From: Pseudomonas phage Phabio
Direction: 5' to 3' (one strand)
Length of the DNA: 40,000 nucleotides
Sequence record: MF042360.1
Shown: positions 27,384-35,926 of the stretch, in pieces
Position numbering within the stretch: the first letter of the stretch is position 1
Layout of the letters: every line of letters starts with the position of its first letter
Translations under genes and position numbers: made by a program
The notes under the pieces: model-generated
What the model was told of the DNA's origin: nothing
What the model saw: the letters and a program-made list of their open reading frames with translations, nothing else
Database searches by the model: none

Positions 27384-28521
27384 TAAGACAAAGAAGCCTG
27401 GTAAGTTCAGGTATGTGAGCCTAGGTGATGTTCACCTAGGTCACCGAGGTACCCCAGCCGCACACATCATCAAAAACCTAAACCGAATGCTGAACGATCA
27501 ATTGTTAAAAGAGATCGATATGCTAATCATTACCGGAGATCTGTTTGATAGACAGCTCCAGAATGGTGATGAAGTAGTGCACACCATCAATCGCTGGATG
27601 ACAGAGCTGATGTATCGTTGCGCTGCTTACAATGTGATGATTCGTTGTGTGGAAGGTACGCCTTCTCATGACCGTGAACAATCTAAGTTCTTTGTCGAGC
27701 AGATGATCAATGCGAAGATTCCAGTTGACCTGTACTATACTAACAAACTGGAAATTCGCTATGAACCACGCTTAGACGCACACTTCCTTTATGTCCCTGA
27801 CAAATGGCGACCATGTACTTCTATTACCCTTTCCGAAGTTAAAGGAGAGATGAAGATCCTTGGGTTGGAGCAGGTAGACTTTGCTATCATGCACGGTGCT
27901 TTTGCTTATCAACTCCCAGCGATCGTAGAAGAACCAAGCCATAATGAGGAAGAGTACGACGCACTGGTTAAATATCAAATCCTTATTGGGCATGTCCACA
28001 TCATGACCGTTCGTGGAAAGATCCATGCAGCTGGTTCTACTGATAGGATCTGTCATGGGGATGAGATTGCCAAAGGTATGTTTGACATCTCTGTAAAAGA
28101 AGATGGTAACTTTGAATGCGTCTTTGTAGAAAACAAATGGGCTAAACGGTACGACACACTTGATGTACACGGCTTGGATACTAAAGAACTCAACCATGTC
28201 ATCAAAGAGCGAGTTAAACAGTTACCTAAAGGTTCTGCCATTCGTTTACGTTGTGACCCACATGACGTAGCTTCCGGTGACATCAATTACTTTACAAAAG
28301 AGTATCCACAGATTGACTGGACACTCACAATTGAAAAGTCTACCAAGAAGAAGAATACTGTGTTAGAAAGTATGCGTAATTTCAACATGTCTGAGTGGGT
28401 TCCTATCACTAAAGACAACGTCGTTGAATTGGTAGCAATCGAACTGCATAATCAAGGTTATTGTGAAAACACGATTGACCGTTGTGCAACTCGACTGAAT
28501 GACTTTATTAAGGTGGCATAA
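27373..28521 (+). CDS. SbcD/Mre11-like metallophosphoesterase nuclease subunit (382 aa)
   Basis: SLGDVHLGH, ITGDLFDRQ, VEGTPSHD (in place of GNHD), ILIGHVHI; calcineurin-like phosphoesterase motifs in order. Confidence 0.88.
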   Translation: MKTDKTKKPGKFRYVSLGDVHLGHRGTPAAHIIKNLNRMLNDQLLKEIDMLIITGDLFDRQLQNGDEVVHTINRWMTELMYRCAAYNVMIRCVEGTPSHDREQSKFFVEQMINAKIPVDLYYTNKLEIRYEPRLDAHFLYVPDKWRPCTSITLSEVKGEMKILGLEQVDFAIMHGAFAYQLPAIVEEPSHNEEEYDALVKYQILIGHVHIMTVRGKIHAAGSTDRICHGDEIAKGMFDISVKEDGNFECVFVENKWAKRYDTLDVHGLDTKELNHVIKERVKQLPKGSAIRLRCDPHDVASGDINYFTKEYPQIDWTLTIEKSTKKKNTVLESMRNFNMSEWVPITKDNVVELVAIELHNQGYCENTIDRCATRLNDFIKVA

Positions 28522-29349
28522 ATGGATCTCATTGAAAGAGAAGTTGGGCAGTTCCCAGTAAGCATGGGTACTTCTCTTGCCATTGAGGGTTTCTTGGGTA
28601 TTCATCCAAATCAAACTAAACCCCCGCTCGATGTCAGAACTGTTAAAGAGGTTTGGATTAACCTTCGTACGTTAGCCCGTAACCTCTGGAACTCCGTAAA
28701 GACTGAACGTCTAAATGTCATCAACCCTGCACAAGCGGTGATGGTATTAATGCAAGAAGTCCAAACGATTCCTGTAGCGCTTCAACAAGCTGGATCAAAG
28801 GTGAAGGTACAATATTACATCGCTTCTGTAGATCAGATTCGATGGACCTTCCCTAAGGCTACATTCAAACAAGCAAAGACGCCAAAGCAAATGGCATACG
28901 AAGTTTACGAACGCTATACAGCTATTGAGTTGTATAAGCAAATGGTTGAAGAAGGTATCCCAGTAATGGAGATCAAGAAGCTACCGCCTAAAACAGACGG
29001 CACTGTAGCGATCCTGACACATTACCCTTCGGAACTATTATGGAAAGACCAGTTCTCCCGACTCTTCTTGTTGGAGTCTAACACAGGGAAACTGAAACCA
29101 TGGAACATGTGGTACACCAAACTAAACGGAGTTAAGGAAGATACTCCTCTCCCGTTTGACAAGTTCACATTACAGGTATTTGGGGATGGTGTTATGATCG
29201 AACCCCAGCCCCGTGGTATTAAGGCCCAACTCAAAACACTAGCTGAGTCTAAACGTTGGAGTCCTATTACCAAACCAGATAAGATGCATTACGACATCGG
29301 AACATCTGGTATGAAAGAACTGAAAGAAGCATATGCAACACTTAGGTAA
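28522..29349 (+). CDS. hypothetical protein (275 aa) coupled to the SbcD-like gene
   Basis: Starts immediately after the SbcD-like stop. Confidence 0.85.
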   Translation: MDLIEREVGQFPVSMGTSLAIEGFLGIHPNQTKPPLDVRTVKEVWINLRTLARNLWNSVKTERLNVINPAQAVMVLMQEVQTIPVALQQAGSKVKVQYYIASVDQIRWTFPKATFKQAKTPKQMAYEVYERYTAIELYKQMVEEGIPVMEIKKLPPKTDGTVAILTHYPSELLWKDQFSRLFLLESNTGKLKPWNMWYTKLNGVKEDTPLPFDKFTLQVFGDGVMIEPQPRGIKAQLKTLAESKRWSPITKPDKMHYDIGTSGMKELKEAYATLR

Positions 29350-29427
29350 ATAATACCTGGGTGTACAACAATACGTAACACTTGCGCAAAGTGATTAATA
29401 TTTTATCCAATTGGAGTTTCAAAAATT

Positions 29428-30177
29428 ATGTCCAACTTCCCAGCACCAGTACTGAATATCTTCTCTCAAATGACCAACTGGTTGTTTGCTGAACCAGCTG
29501 AGGGCGCTCAAAAGCGACCAACCCTTCGCTTCGGTGTATTCGGTAACGAGCCGCGCATCACTGTAAAGACTAACGTACCGAATGACTTGAACCACGGTAA
29601 GATTGACTTTAACTGTGACATGGCTACTTTCTTTGCTGCGATGTCTTTTGCCAAAGCTTTGGCTGAAGGTACTGCTACAGCAACCGAACGTAAGTTCGTT
29701 TATCAGAACGATTTCGTTGCTGGTAAGAAGCTTGATCGTATTATCCCAATCACCACTCTGGTCATTGGTCGCGCTCAAGATGGTCGGATGTACATTGCAC
29801 TGCTGAGTGCACAGGCTTCCCGTCCTAAGATTCGTTTCTTCTTTGGTCCTACCAAATATCACAACATCACCAATGGTGACGGCAGTGCTATCAGTGCCGA
29901 AGAAATGTCTAATGCTTACGCTCTGGGCTACCTGCAACCAGCTACCCAATTCATGTTCGGTCTACTGACTGGCGTGAGCTTTGACCCTAATGCTAAAGGT
30001 GTTGCTAACCCAGCTAACATCGGTGGTGGTCAAGGCGGTGGTCAACGTCCACAAGGTGGCGGGGGCGGTGGTTATCAACAGCGTCCACAAAACAATGGCG
30101 GCGGAGGTGGCGGTGGCTTCAACAAACCAGCTTCGGGCGGTTTCGACGATTTCGATTCCGTACCAGACTTTGGTTAA
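29428..30177 (+). CDS. ssDNA-binding-protein-like, glycine-rich linker with acidic C-terminal tip
   Basis: Beta-rich N-domain, GGGQGGGQRPQGGGGGGYQQRPQNNGGGGGGG linker and FDDFDSVPDFG tail, as in SSB architecture. Confidence 0.55.
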   Translation: MSNFPAPVLNIFSQMTNWLFAEPAEGAQKRPTLRFGVFGNEPRITVKTNVPNDLNHGKIDFNCDMATFFAAMSFAKALAEGTATATERKFVYQNDFVAGKKLDRIIPITTLVIGRAQDGRMYIALLSAQASRPKIRFFFGPTKYHNITNGDGSAISAEEMSNAYALGYLQPATQFMFGLLTGVSFDPNAKGVANPANIGGGQGGGQRPQGGGGGGYQQRPQNNGGGGGGGFNKPASGGFDDFDSVPDFG

Positions 30178-30187
30178 TTAAAAACTT

Positions 30188-30215
30188 ACGGCTTCTCTGG
30201 TTTCAGAGAAGCTGT
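30188..30215 (+). other. 12-bp stem-loop after the SSB-like gene
   Basis: ACGGCTTCTCTG-GTTT-CAGAGAAGCTGT; no T-run follows directly. Confidence 0.7.
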
Positions 30216-30240
30216 ATGCCCCGATGGAGGATAGAGGTTA

Positions 30241-30276
30241 ATAGAAAAAAGTCTAGATCTATATTACTAGTCTGAT
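30241..30276 (+). promoter_or_regulatory. early-promoter-like motif
   Basis: ATAGAAAAAAGTCTAGATCTATATTACTAGTCTGAT; TATATTAC at 30260-30267. Confidence 0.88.
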
Positions 30277-30297
30277 AGATAAAAGAGGATGTGCTTA

Positions 30298-31875
30298 ATG
30301 AGAATTGATGTATCAACAGTACAAGGCGATGGCTTTACTGCTGTGACGGTAAGTCACAAAGGTAAGTCTATCGAATGGTCTACGAGGGCATATAGCAAAG
30401 TAAAACTGGCTGACCCAAGTCGTGTGTTCTTGGAGTTCAATGAATTCCTAACAACGATCGATGAAACAGCACAAGACAAGATGTTCAGTAGTTATGAATC
30501 CATCAAGTCTTTGTATGAAATGGGTTTTGATCCATCGCACATTACCGCAAGTCTTATTCATCACATCGTAGAAATCGGCAAACAAATCCCAATGAACAAA
30601 TTGCGGCGTTGGTTGTTGACTATTGGTAACCTGCATATCCCTGCTGACATCCAAGATACGATTACAGCTGACTCTCGTTATAACAAACGTGAACAGACGT
30701 ATTTGAAGAATGACTACATTAACCTCTCAACTGTTGCATTGGGTATTCGAGCATTCTTGCCTGTCCTTGGCGAGTATATGGATCAGGGAACTGACCAAGA
30801 TCTCTATAAGGAAAACGATGTTGTTGGATTGTTGTCCACAACTGAGTTGGCTAACTGGCCGATGCTGGAAACAGATCAGGTTGGTGATGATGTTGAAACG
30901 GTATTCGAAAAGCTTGAAAGCTATATTCGATTCTGTGTCGAAGAAGAACATATTACACTGGGTCGACTCTGGTCTGGTTTGAGTACAGTTAAGATTCGTG
31001 AACTCTTGCAGTCTAAGGTTCTGATTCGTCGACTGACTATTGTTCCACTTAACGATCCAACAAGTTATTCGATCGTATCGAACATCTTCCGTTATGTGAA
31101 CTCTAACCTCAACCCAACCGAACGTAGTACTTCTGACCGTGTTAACGATAAGCAACCAGATCGTAACGGTGGCGATGACGAGGATAACACATCTTTCATC
31201 GAAGCGCATAAAACGAAAAGCCGGGTTAGTCCTGGTGACATCGTAGCGTACAATCTTGATGCAATGGATTACGAGTTGCTAGCTGAAGACGTAGATCCAA
31301 CGATCTGCAAAATCAAACTGGCTAAGTGTATTGACTGTATCCAACAAGTAGCACCCAATGAGATCCGTCCTCACCAAGTGATGTTGGCTCAGTGGGTAAT
31401 GGCAAAAGCTTTCCCAAGTCGTGCGTTCTATCACATCGACAAACTGCCAGTGAACTATCTGTTGGCAACTACTCAAGCATTGTTGTGGCATTGGGGTCAT
31501 TTGGATACAGCTATCTTCATGCAAGTGGAGCCTCTGTATCACGGTGATAACCAATCAGCTTCTCCACTGGGTCAACTGCGTATCGGTTCTCGGATCGCTA
31601 CTAAGTATCGACCAATGTTGGATGAACTGTTCCCACACATGAAACACCAACGCATTCCACAAAGCGGCGAAATCCCTAAACCAGAGAATCGTGCAGCAGT
31701 AGCTATTAACAGTTGTAACCACTCCATCCGGTCTACCAACTGGGCGTATAAAGGTCCTGACGAATTGTTCCGTGAAGCGGGTCAAGTAACTCAGAACAAA
31801 GTTTTGATCCTACCGCCTAACTTGAAGCATTCGATTACAGAAGTCGTAATGCAGTTGGCACAAATCAATAAGTAA
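30298..31875 (+). CDS. possible non-virion RNAP accessory subunit (phiKZ gp68-like) by size and position
   Basis: First gene after promoter, 525 aa, upstream of the RNAP beta-C/beta'-C pair as phiKZ gp68 is upstream of gp71-74. No motif-level proof. Confidence 0.45.
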   Translation: MRIDVSTVQGDGFTAVTVSHKGKSIEWSTRAYSKVKLADPSRVFLEFNEFLTTIDETAQDKMFSSYESIKSLYEMGFDPSHITASLIHHIVEIGKQIPMNKLRRWLLTIGNLHIPADIQDTITADSRYNKREQTYLKNDYINLSTVALGIRAFLPVLGEYMDQGTDQDLYKENDVVGLLSTTELANWPMLETDQVGDDVETVFEKLESYIRFCVEEEHITLGRLWSGLSTVKIRELLQSKVLIRRLTIVPLNDPTSYSIVSNIFRYVNSNLNPTERSTSDRVNDKQPDRNGGDDEDNTSFIEAHKTKSRVSPGDIVAYNLDAMDYELLAEDVDPTICKIKLAKCIDCIQQVAPNEIRPHQVMLAQWVMAKAFPSRAFYHIDKLPVNYLLATTQALLWHWGHLDTAIFMQVEPLYHGDNQSASPLGQLRIGSRIATKYRPMLDELFPHMKHQRIPQSGEIPKPENRAAVAINSCNHSIRSTNWAYKGPDELFREAGQVTQNKVLILPPNLKHSITEVVMQLAQINK

Positions 31876-31891
31876 TTAGAGGCAATACACG

Positions 31892-33577
31892 ATGATCAAT
31901 CTGAACATGGGTGCAACCATCGGCGGTTCGGGCAATACCCGTATCACTATTGAGAACATGATCGCAGTACAGACTGGTACTTATCAAGATCAGTATGCTC
32001 GACCATTCAAGTCTACTGTAAATGATGGCGTTATCGCTGGACTGCGTGAAGTAACTCGTGGTGGTCTTAACCTCGGTGCAGCAGCAGTTCAAGAGATCGC
32101 TTGCGGTGTAATTACTCCACAGGCAGAAGTAGAAGGTAAAGTAAACATTGCGAACGGCATGCAATGTCGTCGTTTCCGGATTCTGTTGACCGTTAACGAA
32201 TCCCATCCATATATCGAAGGCACCACTACCCGTCGTGTGTTCTATGGCTACTCGGATAACAGTGACGCATCCTTGAACTATCTTGATCCGAACATGCGTG
32301 TGTATTTCAACAGTGAGACTATCATTGCTGAAGCCATTCGTAATACGATCAATGGCCCACAACGTCAGGCATCTATTGTTGCATCTAACCAGATCATCTC
32401 TCCGATGGGTCCTGATAACAATGGTCAAGGTAATGGGTTGTTCGCTCGGGCATCGAGTTTCTTGATTCGACCTGAAGATAACTTTAACCTGATGCAAACC
32501 AATATCGTTGCACAGAACCTGAATAGCTCGGGTATGTTCCCAGGTATGGTTGACACTTCCTACGACAACCGTACCATGGTTGGTGAAGGTGGTAGCCACA
32601 AGTATTCGATGCGTCGTGACACTTCCCCAACTCGTTATCTGTCCGATAGCTTGGCTGCTTATTCTCATGCAATCAAGGAATCCAAAGATAGCGTAATCAA
32701 TACTGGTGACTTCAACGATGCGATTACATCTAAAGAAGTTATCTTGGGTGAAGCAGCTGCGGCATGCCGTAACCACAACATCCATTCCAATACTTTCCTG
32801 AGCGTTCTGAACGATCACTCCGGTTATATGGAACAGGGTTATGTGACCTTCGGTGATCTGTGTCGTATCTTCCCTGAGATGAACAACCGCGCTGGTTACG
32901 ATTGTGTTCAGTTCTCCATGGACAATGGTCGCAGTATCCGTAAAGTAATGCAAGCTGGCGATTCACAAGTTTGGTCCGGTGCTGACTATTCTTCCATCGG
33001 TGCTTCTCTGTTGGCTCAAGCAATTCCGTCGATCATGATGGATACCTTCTTCCGTAGCTTTAGCTTTGCGGTAACGAATGGTAATGGTAACAACAATTAT
33101 CTGTTTGAACCACATCCCGATGCATGTAAAGCAATCGTTGGTGGTATTGACATGCGTCAATATTTCCAAGACTTCGAACGTCGATTGAGCATTGACGTAT
33201 TGAATAACATCACTCGTGGTAACCAACTACCGTTTAAGATCTCCATGTATTCTGACTTGGTAGGTGACTCGATCATCGATATCCAGATTGGTGGTGGTCC
33301 TCTGGAACGTTTCATTGCTCCGACCTTTGCGGATAGTCTGTTCAGTCCGGTCATTACTCGTAACCGTTCTCTGGCAGGCGAGATTGCTGGCGACCTTACT
33401 TGGCTCGTGGCAAACGTAATCGAAGGCGATCAGAAACCAACGCAACAGATCTATACTGGCGGTATGTCAAACACTAACAGTCTGTTTAGTGAATACCAAC
33501 ACCCAGTAGCTCAACCAGCACTCCTCAACAATTCTCAACAAGGAACTAATCATGTCGCTGACCTTGGCTTGCTATAA
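31892..33577 (+). CDS. conserved-looking hypothetical protein (561 aa)
   Basis: Long ORF in the early operon. Confidence 0.9.
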   Translation: MINLNMGATIGGSGNTRITIENMIAVQTGTYQDQYARPFKSTVNDGVIAGLREVTRGGLNLGAAAVQEIACGVITPQAEVEGKVNIANGMQCRRFRILLTVNESHPYIEGTTTRRVFYGYSDNSDASLNYLDPNMRVYFNSETIIAEAIRNTINGPQRQASIVASNQIISPMGPDNNGQGNGLFARASSFLIRPEDNFNLMQTNIVAQNLNSSGMFPGMVDTSYDNRTMVGEGGSHKYSMRRDTSPTRYLSDSLAAYSHAIKESKDSVINTGDFNDAITSKEVILGEAAAACRNHNIHSNTFLSVLNDHSGYMEQGYVTFGDLCRIFPEMNNRAGYDCVQFSMDNGRSIRKVMQAGDSQVWSGADYSSIGASLLAQAIPSIMMDTFFRSFSFAVTNGNGNNNYLFEPHPDACKAIVGGIDMRQYFQDFERRLSIDVLNNITRGNQLPFKISMYSDLVGDSIIDIQIGGGPLERFIAPTFADSLFSPVITRNRSLAGEIAGDLTWLVANVIEGDQKPTQQIYTGGMSNTNSLFSEYQHPVAQPALLNNSQQGTNHVADLGLL

Positions 33578-34886
33578 CGAAATCCTGCCTGCTTTCTCCT
33601 GCTCGGTTGATGAGGAGGACATGCTCGATGTTGTCGCTCCTACCGGTGCAAAGAAACCTGCAACAATCGGAGGCGCCACTCTGGTGCTTCCAACCCAAGC
33701 TCGTCTACGGAAAGGTTTCCCTGAAGAACTCTTTCCATTCCACCCGCTCTGTGAATCGATGTCTCGTCAAGGGACATCTCCAGTAATCCAATTCCTGCAA
33801 CGAGCAGCTAAAGCGAACATCTCGTATAGCGTCGTAGCTCTGACTGGACATCTGTTGGAGATCGCATGTGACGTAAGCATGCATAAAGATCTTCCTCCAG
33901 AATGCCTGGACTTCTTGGTGAAGCTCTCTGACTGTGATAAAGAGAAGAACATCAAGCAGGTGTATGAAAAGGTTGTAGCTGCTGCATCCAAGAAGAACCG
34001 CATGACTACGGTCTATCTGAAGAATGGCGGTACATTCGACGGCCAGAAAGTAAACCGTTCGTGTATCATTCGTATCCCATTGCTGGAAGACCTCCAACAA
34101 GACGGTAAGGATGTTCTGGGCGTAACTGTAACCAAGAAACAGCGTAAGATTCTGACTGCGTTGTTTAAACTGGTTGTTCCATTCGGTGATAACCCAGAAG
34201 AGTATAGCTTCGGTACTACCAGTCGCCAAGCTCCGTACTTCCAGTGTCTGCTGACAGCTTATGCGAAGATCGTTAAGGTACTGAACCAGTGCATTAATAA
34301 CTACGCTGTTCCATTGCAGTTGCCAATCAAACCAATCCCAACTTACGATATCAAAGTAATTGAGACGTTTGAGAAAGCTCGTGCAGAAGTAGACATCCCG
34401 CCTCTGCGTGGTAACGAAGGTGGTGTTAAAGAGAACGATCAAGAAGCGTCTGAGACTAAACAACCAGAAGCCCAAGCACAACAACCACGTGCGACCGTTC
34501 AACAGAACACCCGCGAGTCTACTCCACCAGTAGCGGTAAGTACTTCTGCTCCTGGTACTGTGAGTATGGAAGACTTCATGAAAGCCAACAACCCTAACCC
34601 AGGGATGGTGAACGTGAACTTCAACGGTAACCAACAGCCTAACGTTAATGGTACCTTCGGGCAACAGGGTTTGTTTGGTGCACAACCAACCGCACAACCT
34701 ACTCTGTTCGGTAACACTAACACTAGCTTCTCCACTTCACAGCCAACAGGTCTTCCGTGGAACCAACCACAACAAACACCTGTAAGTAACAGTCTGTTTG
34801 GTGGTCCATCTCCAACTCCTGCGTTCCAAACCGGCTTCACCAATAACGGTTTCGGTAACACTGGTGGTGGATTGGGTCTGATCTAA
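33552..34886 (+). CDS. hypothetical protein (444 aa) with FG/Q/N/P-rich disordered C-tail
   Basis: Tail GTFGQQGLFGAQPTAQPTLFGNT...NSLFGGPS...NGFGNTGGG. Confidence 0.9.
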   Translation: MSLTLACYNEILPAFSCSVDEEDMLDVVAPTGAKKPATIGGATLVLPTQARLRKGFPEELFPFHPLCESMSRQGTSPVIQFLQRAAKANISYSVVALTGHLLEIACDVSMHKDLPPECLDFLVKLSDCDKEKNIKQVYEKVVAAASKKNRMTTVYLKNGGTFDGQKVNRSCIIRIPLLEDLQQDGKDVLGVTVTKKQRKILTALFKLVVPFGDNPEEYSFGTTSRQAPYFQCLLTAYAKIVKVLNQCINNYAVPLQLPIKPIPTYDIKVIETFEKARAEVDIPPLRGNEGGVKENDQEASETKQPEAQAQQPRATVQQNTRESTPPVAVSTSAPGTVSMEDFMKANNPNPGMVNVNFNGNQQPNVNGTFGQQGLFGAQPTAQPTLFGNTNTSFSTSQPTGLPWNQPQQTPVSNSLFGGPSPTPAFQTGFTNNGFGNTGGGLGLI

Positions 34887-34898
34887 GCGGCATAGACG

Positions 34899-34916
34899 GG
34901 GGATCGTAAGATCCCC
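34899..34916. terminator. bidirectional-type hairpin between convergent genes
   Basis: GGGGATC-GTAA-GATCCCC followed by TTAGTCTTATTTATTTTTT. Confidence 0.85.
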
Positions 34917-34922
34917 TTAGTC

Positions 34923-35288
34923 TTATTTATTTTTTAGGCTGACGTACATACGTTGGATGTCCGAAAGTACACCATCGTTAGGTATTAACAGGGTAGGTTT
35001 AACCATGCCTGTATAATAGTTACGTAAGTCTTTAGCAAACTGATTTGGGTTGGTCATTCCATTAACCCGCATGTATACCCAGTGTAAATGTGCAGGAATA
35101 GAGCGGCCTACTAAGAACCCATAAAAGTCACCTTCGTATTGATAGTAATGGTTAGCTGGAATATCTTCACGAGTCACAAAGTGATTACGTAAGATGTTGA
35201 TATGTGTTTCAACCATTAGTCTAAACTTAGGGTCATAGAACAACTCTGGTCCTGGTTGGGCCATGAGGGTCATTATCGTGAAAGCCAT
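34923..35288 (-). CDS. hypothetical protein (121 aa)
   Basis: Minus-strand ORF bounded by terminator and divergent promoter. Confidence 0.8.
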   Translation of the reverse strand: MAFTIMTLMAQPGPELFYDPKFRLMVETHINILRNHFVTREDIPANHYYQYEGDFYGFLVGRSIPAHLHWVYMRVNGMTNPNQFAKDLRNYYTGMVKPTLLIPNDGVLSDIQRMYVSLKNK

Positions 35289-35300
35289 TTGAAAACTCCA

Positions 35301-35336
35301 TAGAATTTTTTCTAGATCTATATTATTGATTTGTCT
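35301..35336 (+). promoter_or_regulatory. early-promoter-like motif (TATATTAT variant)
   Basis: TAGAATTTTTTCTAGATCTATATTATTGATTTGTCT; core at 35319-35326. Confidence 0.75.
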
Positions 35337-35350
35337 AAGAGGAAGCCGAA

Positions 35351-35422
35351 ATGAATACTAACTTTTATTACGAACTGCCTATCCGTGAAGAATCCGATTA
35401 CTACAAAGGTGAACGTGAATGA
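35351..35422 (+). CDS. very small ORF (23 aa, MNTNFYYELPIREESDYYKGERE), possible leader peptide
   Basis: AGAGGAAG RBS and ATGA overlap with the next ORF. Confidence 0.45.
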   Translation: MNTNFYYELPIREESDYYKGERE

Positions 35423-35607
35423 CAGAAGAATTTAATTGGGCATCTAATTTAAACTCAGCGACAATCAATATCCGAAAGGAACGTCAGGATAAAGCGACAG
35501 AAAATTTTGCACTACATCTTAAACAAACTTTAGATGATAATCCAAGTCTACTAGATGAGGTCAAAGAACATGCAGCTAGACGCGATGGCGCTATACCAAC
35601 AGCATAG
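35419..35607 (+). CDS. small hypothetical protein (62 aa)
   Basis: ORF in operon. Confidence 0.65.
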   Translation: MTEEFNWASNLNSATINIRKERQDKATENFALHLKQTLDDNPSLLDEVKEHAARRDGAIPTA

Positions 35608-35926
35608 ACGTGATTCAGACTATCGTTTAGATAATCTTGATTTCGATACAATGGAGAAACATCGGGAGGAAGGCAAAGTAAAGTACGATCAAGCCACTGA
35701 CACGTATCATGTCGATTGCGGTAACTTCTCATCACCTAATCGGTCAGGCATCGTTTATACTGAAGAAGCTTTGAGAGATGCATATGCGGTATATAACTTA
35801 CAAATGGTGCGTCTTGAAGAAGTCATCAGTGCGCAACGTAGACTAGATGAAGTCATTGCAAAGAAACGCAAGAAAGATCCTAACTACAATGTAACTGTAC
35901 TGTATCGCGACGGGAGTATGCCATAA
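35555..35926 (+). CDS. hypothetical protein; start uncertain
   Basis: ORF in operon. Confidence 0.7.
   Translation: MRSKNMQLDAMALYQQHRRDSDYRLDNLDFDTMEKHREEGKVKYDQATDTYHVDCGNFSSPNRSGIVYTEEALRDAYAVYNLQMVRLEEVISAQRRLDEVIAKKRKKDPNYNVTVLYRDGSMP

Noticed and set aside
30041-30130. GGTGGCGGG-type repeats as DNA repeats or a CRISPR-like array
   Set aside because: They encode the glycine-rich linker of the SSB-like protein; no repeat-spacer organisation.
31865-32953. 362-aa minus-strand ORF opposite the 561-aa gene
   Set aside because: Antisense shadow; the plus strand has operon context, RBS and a coherent protein.
33705-34697. 330-aa minus-strand ORF
   Set aside because: Antisense of the 444-aa plus-strand gene; no upstream signals.
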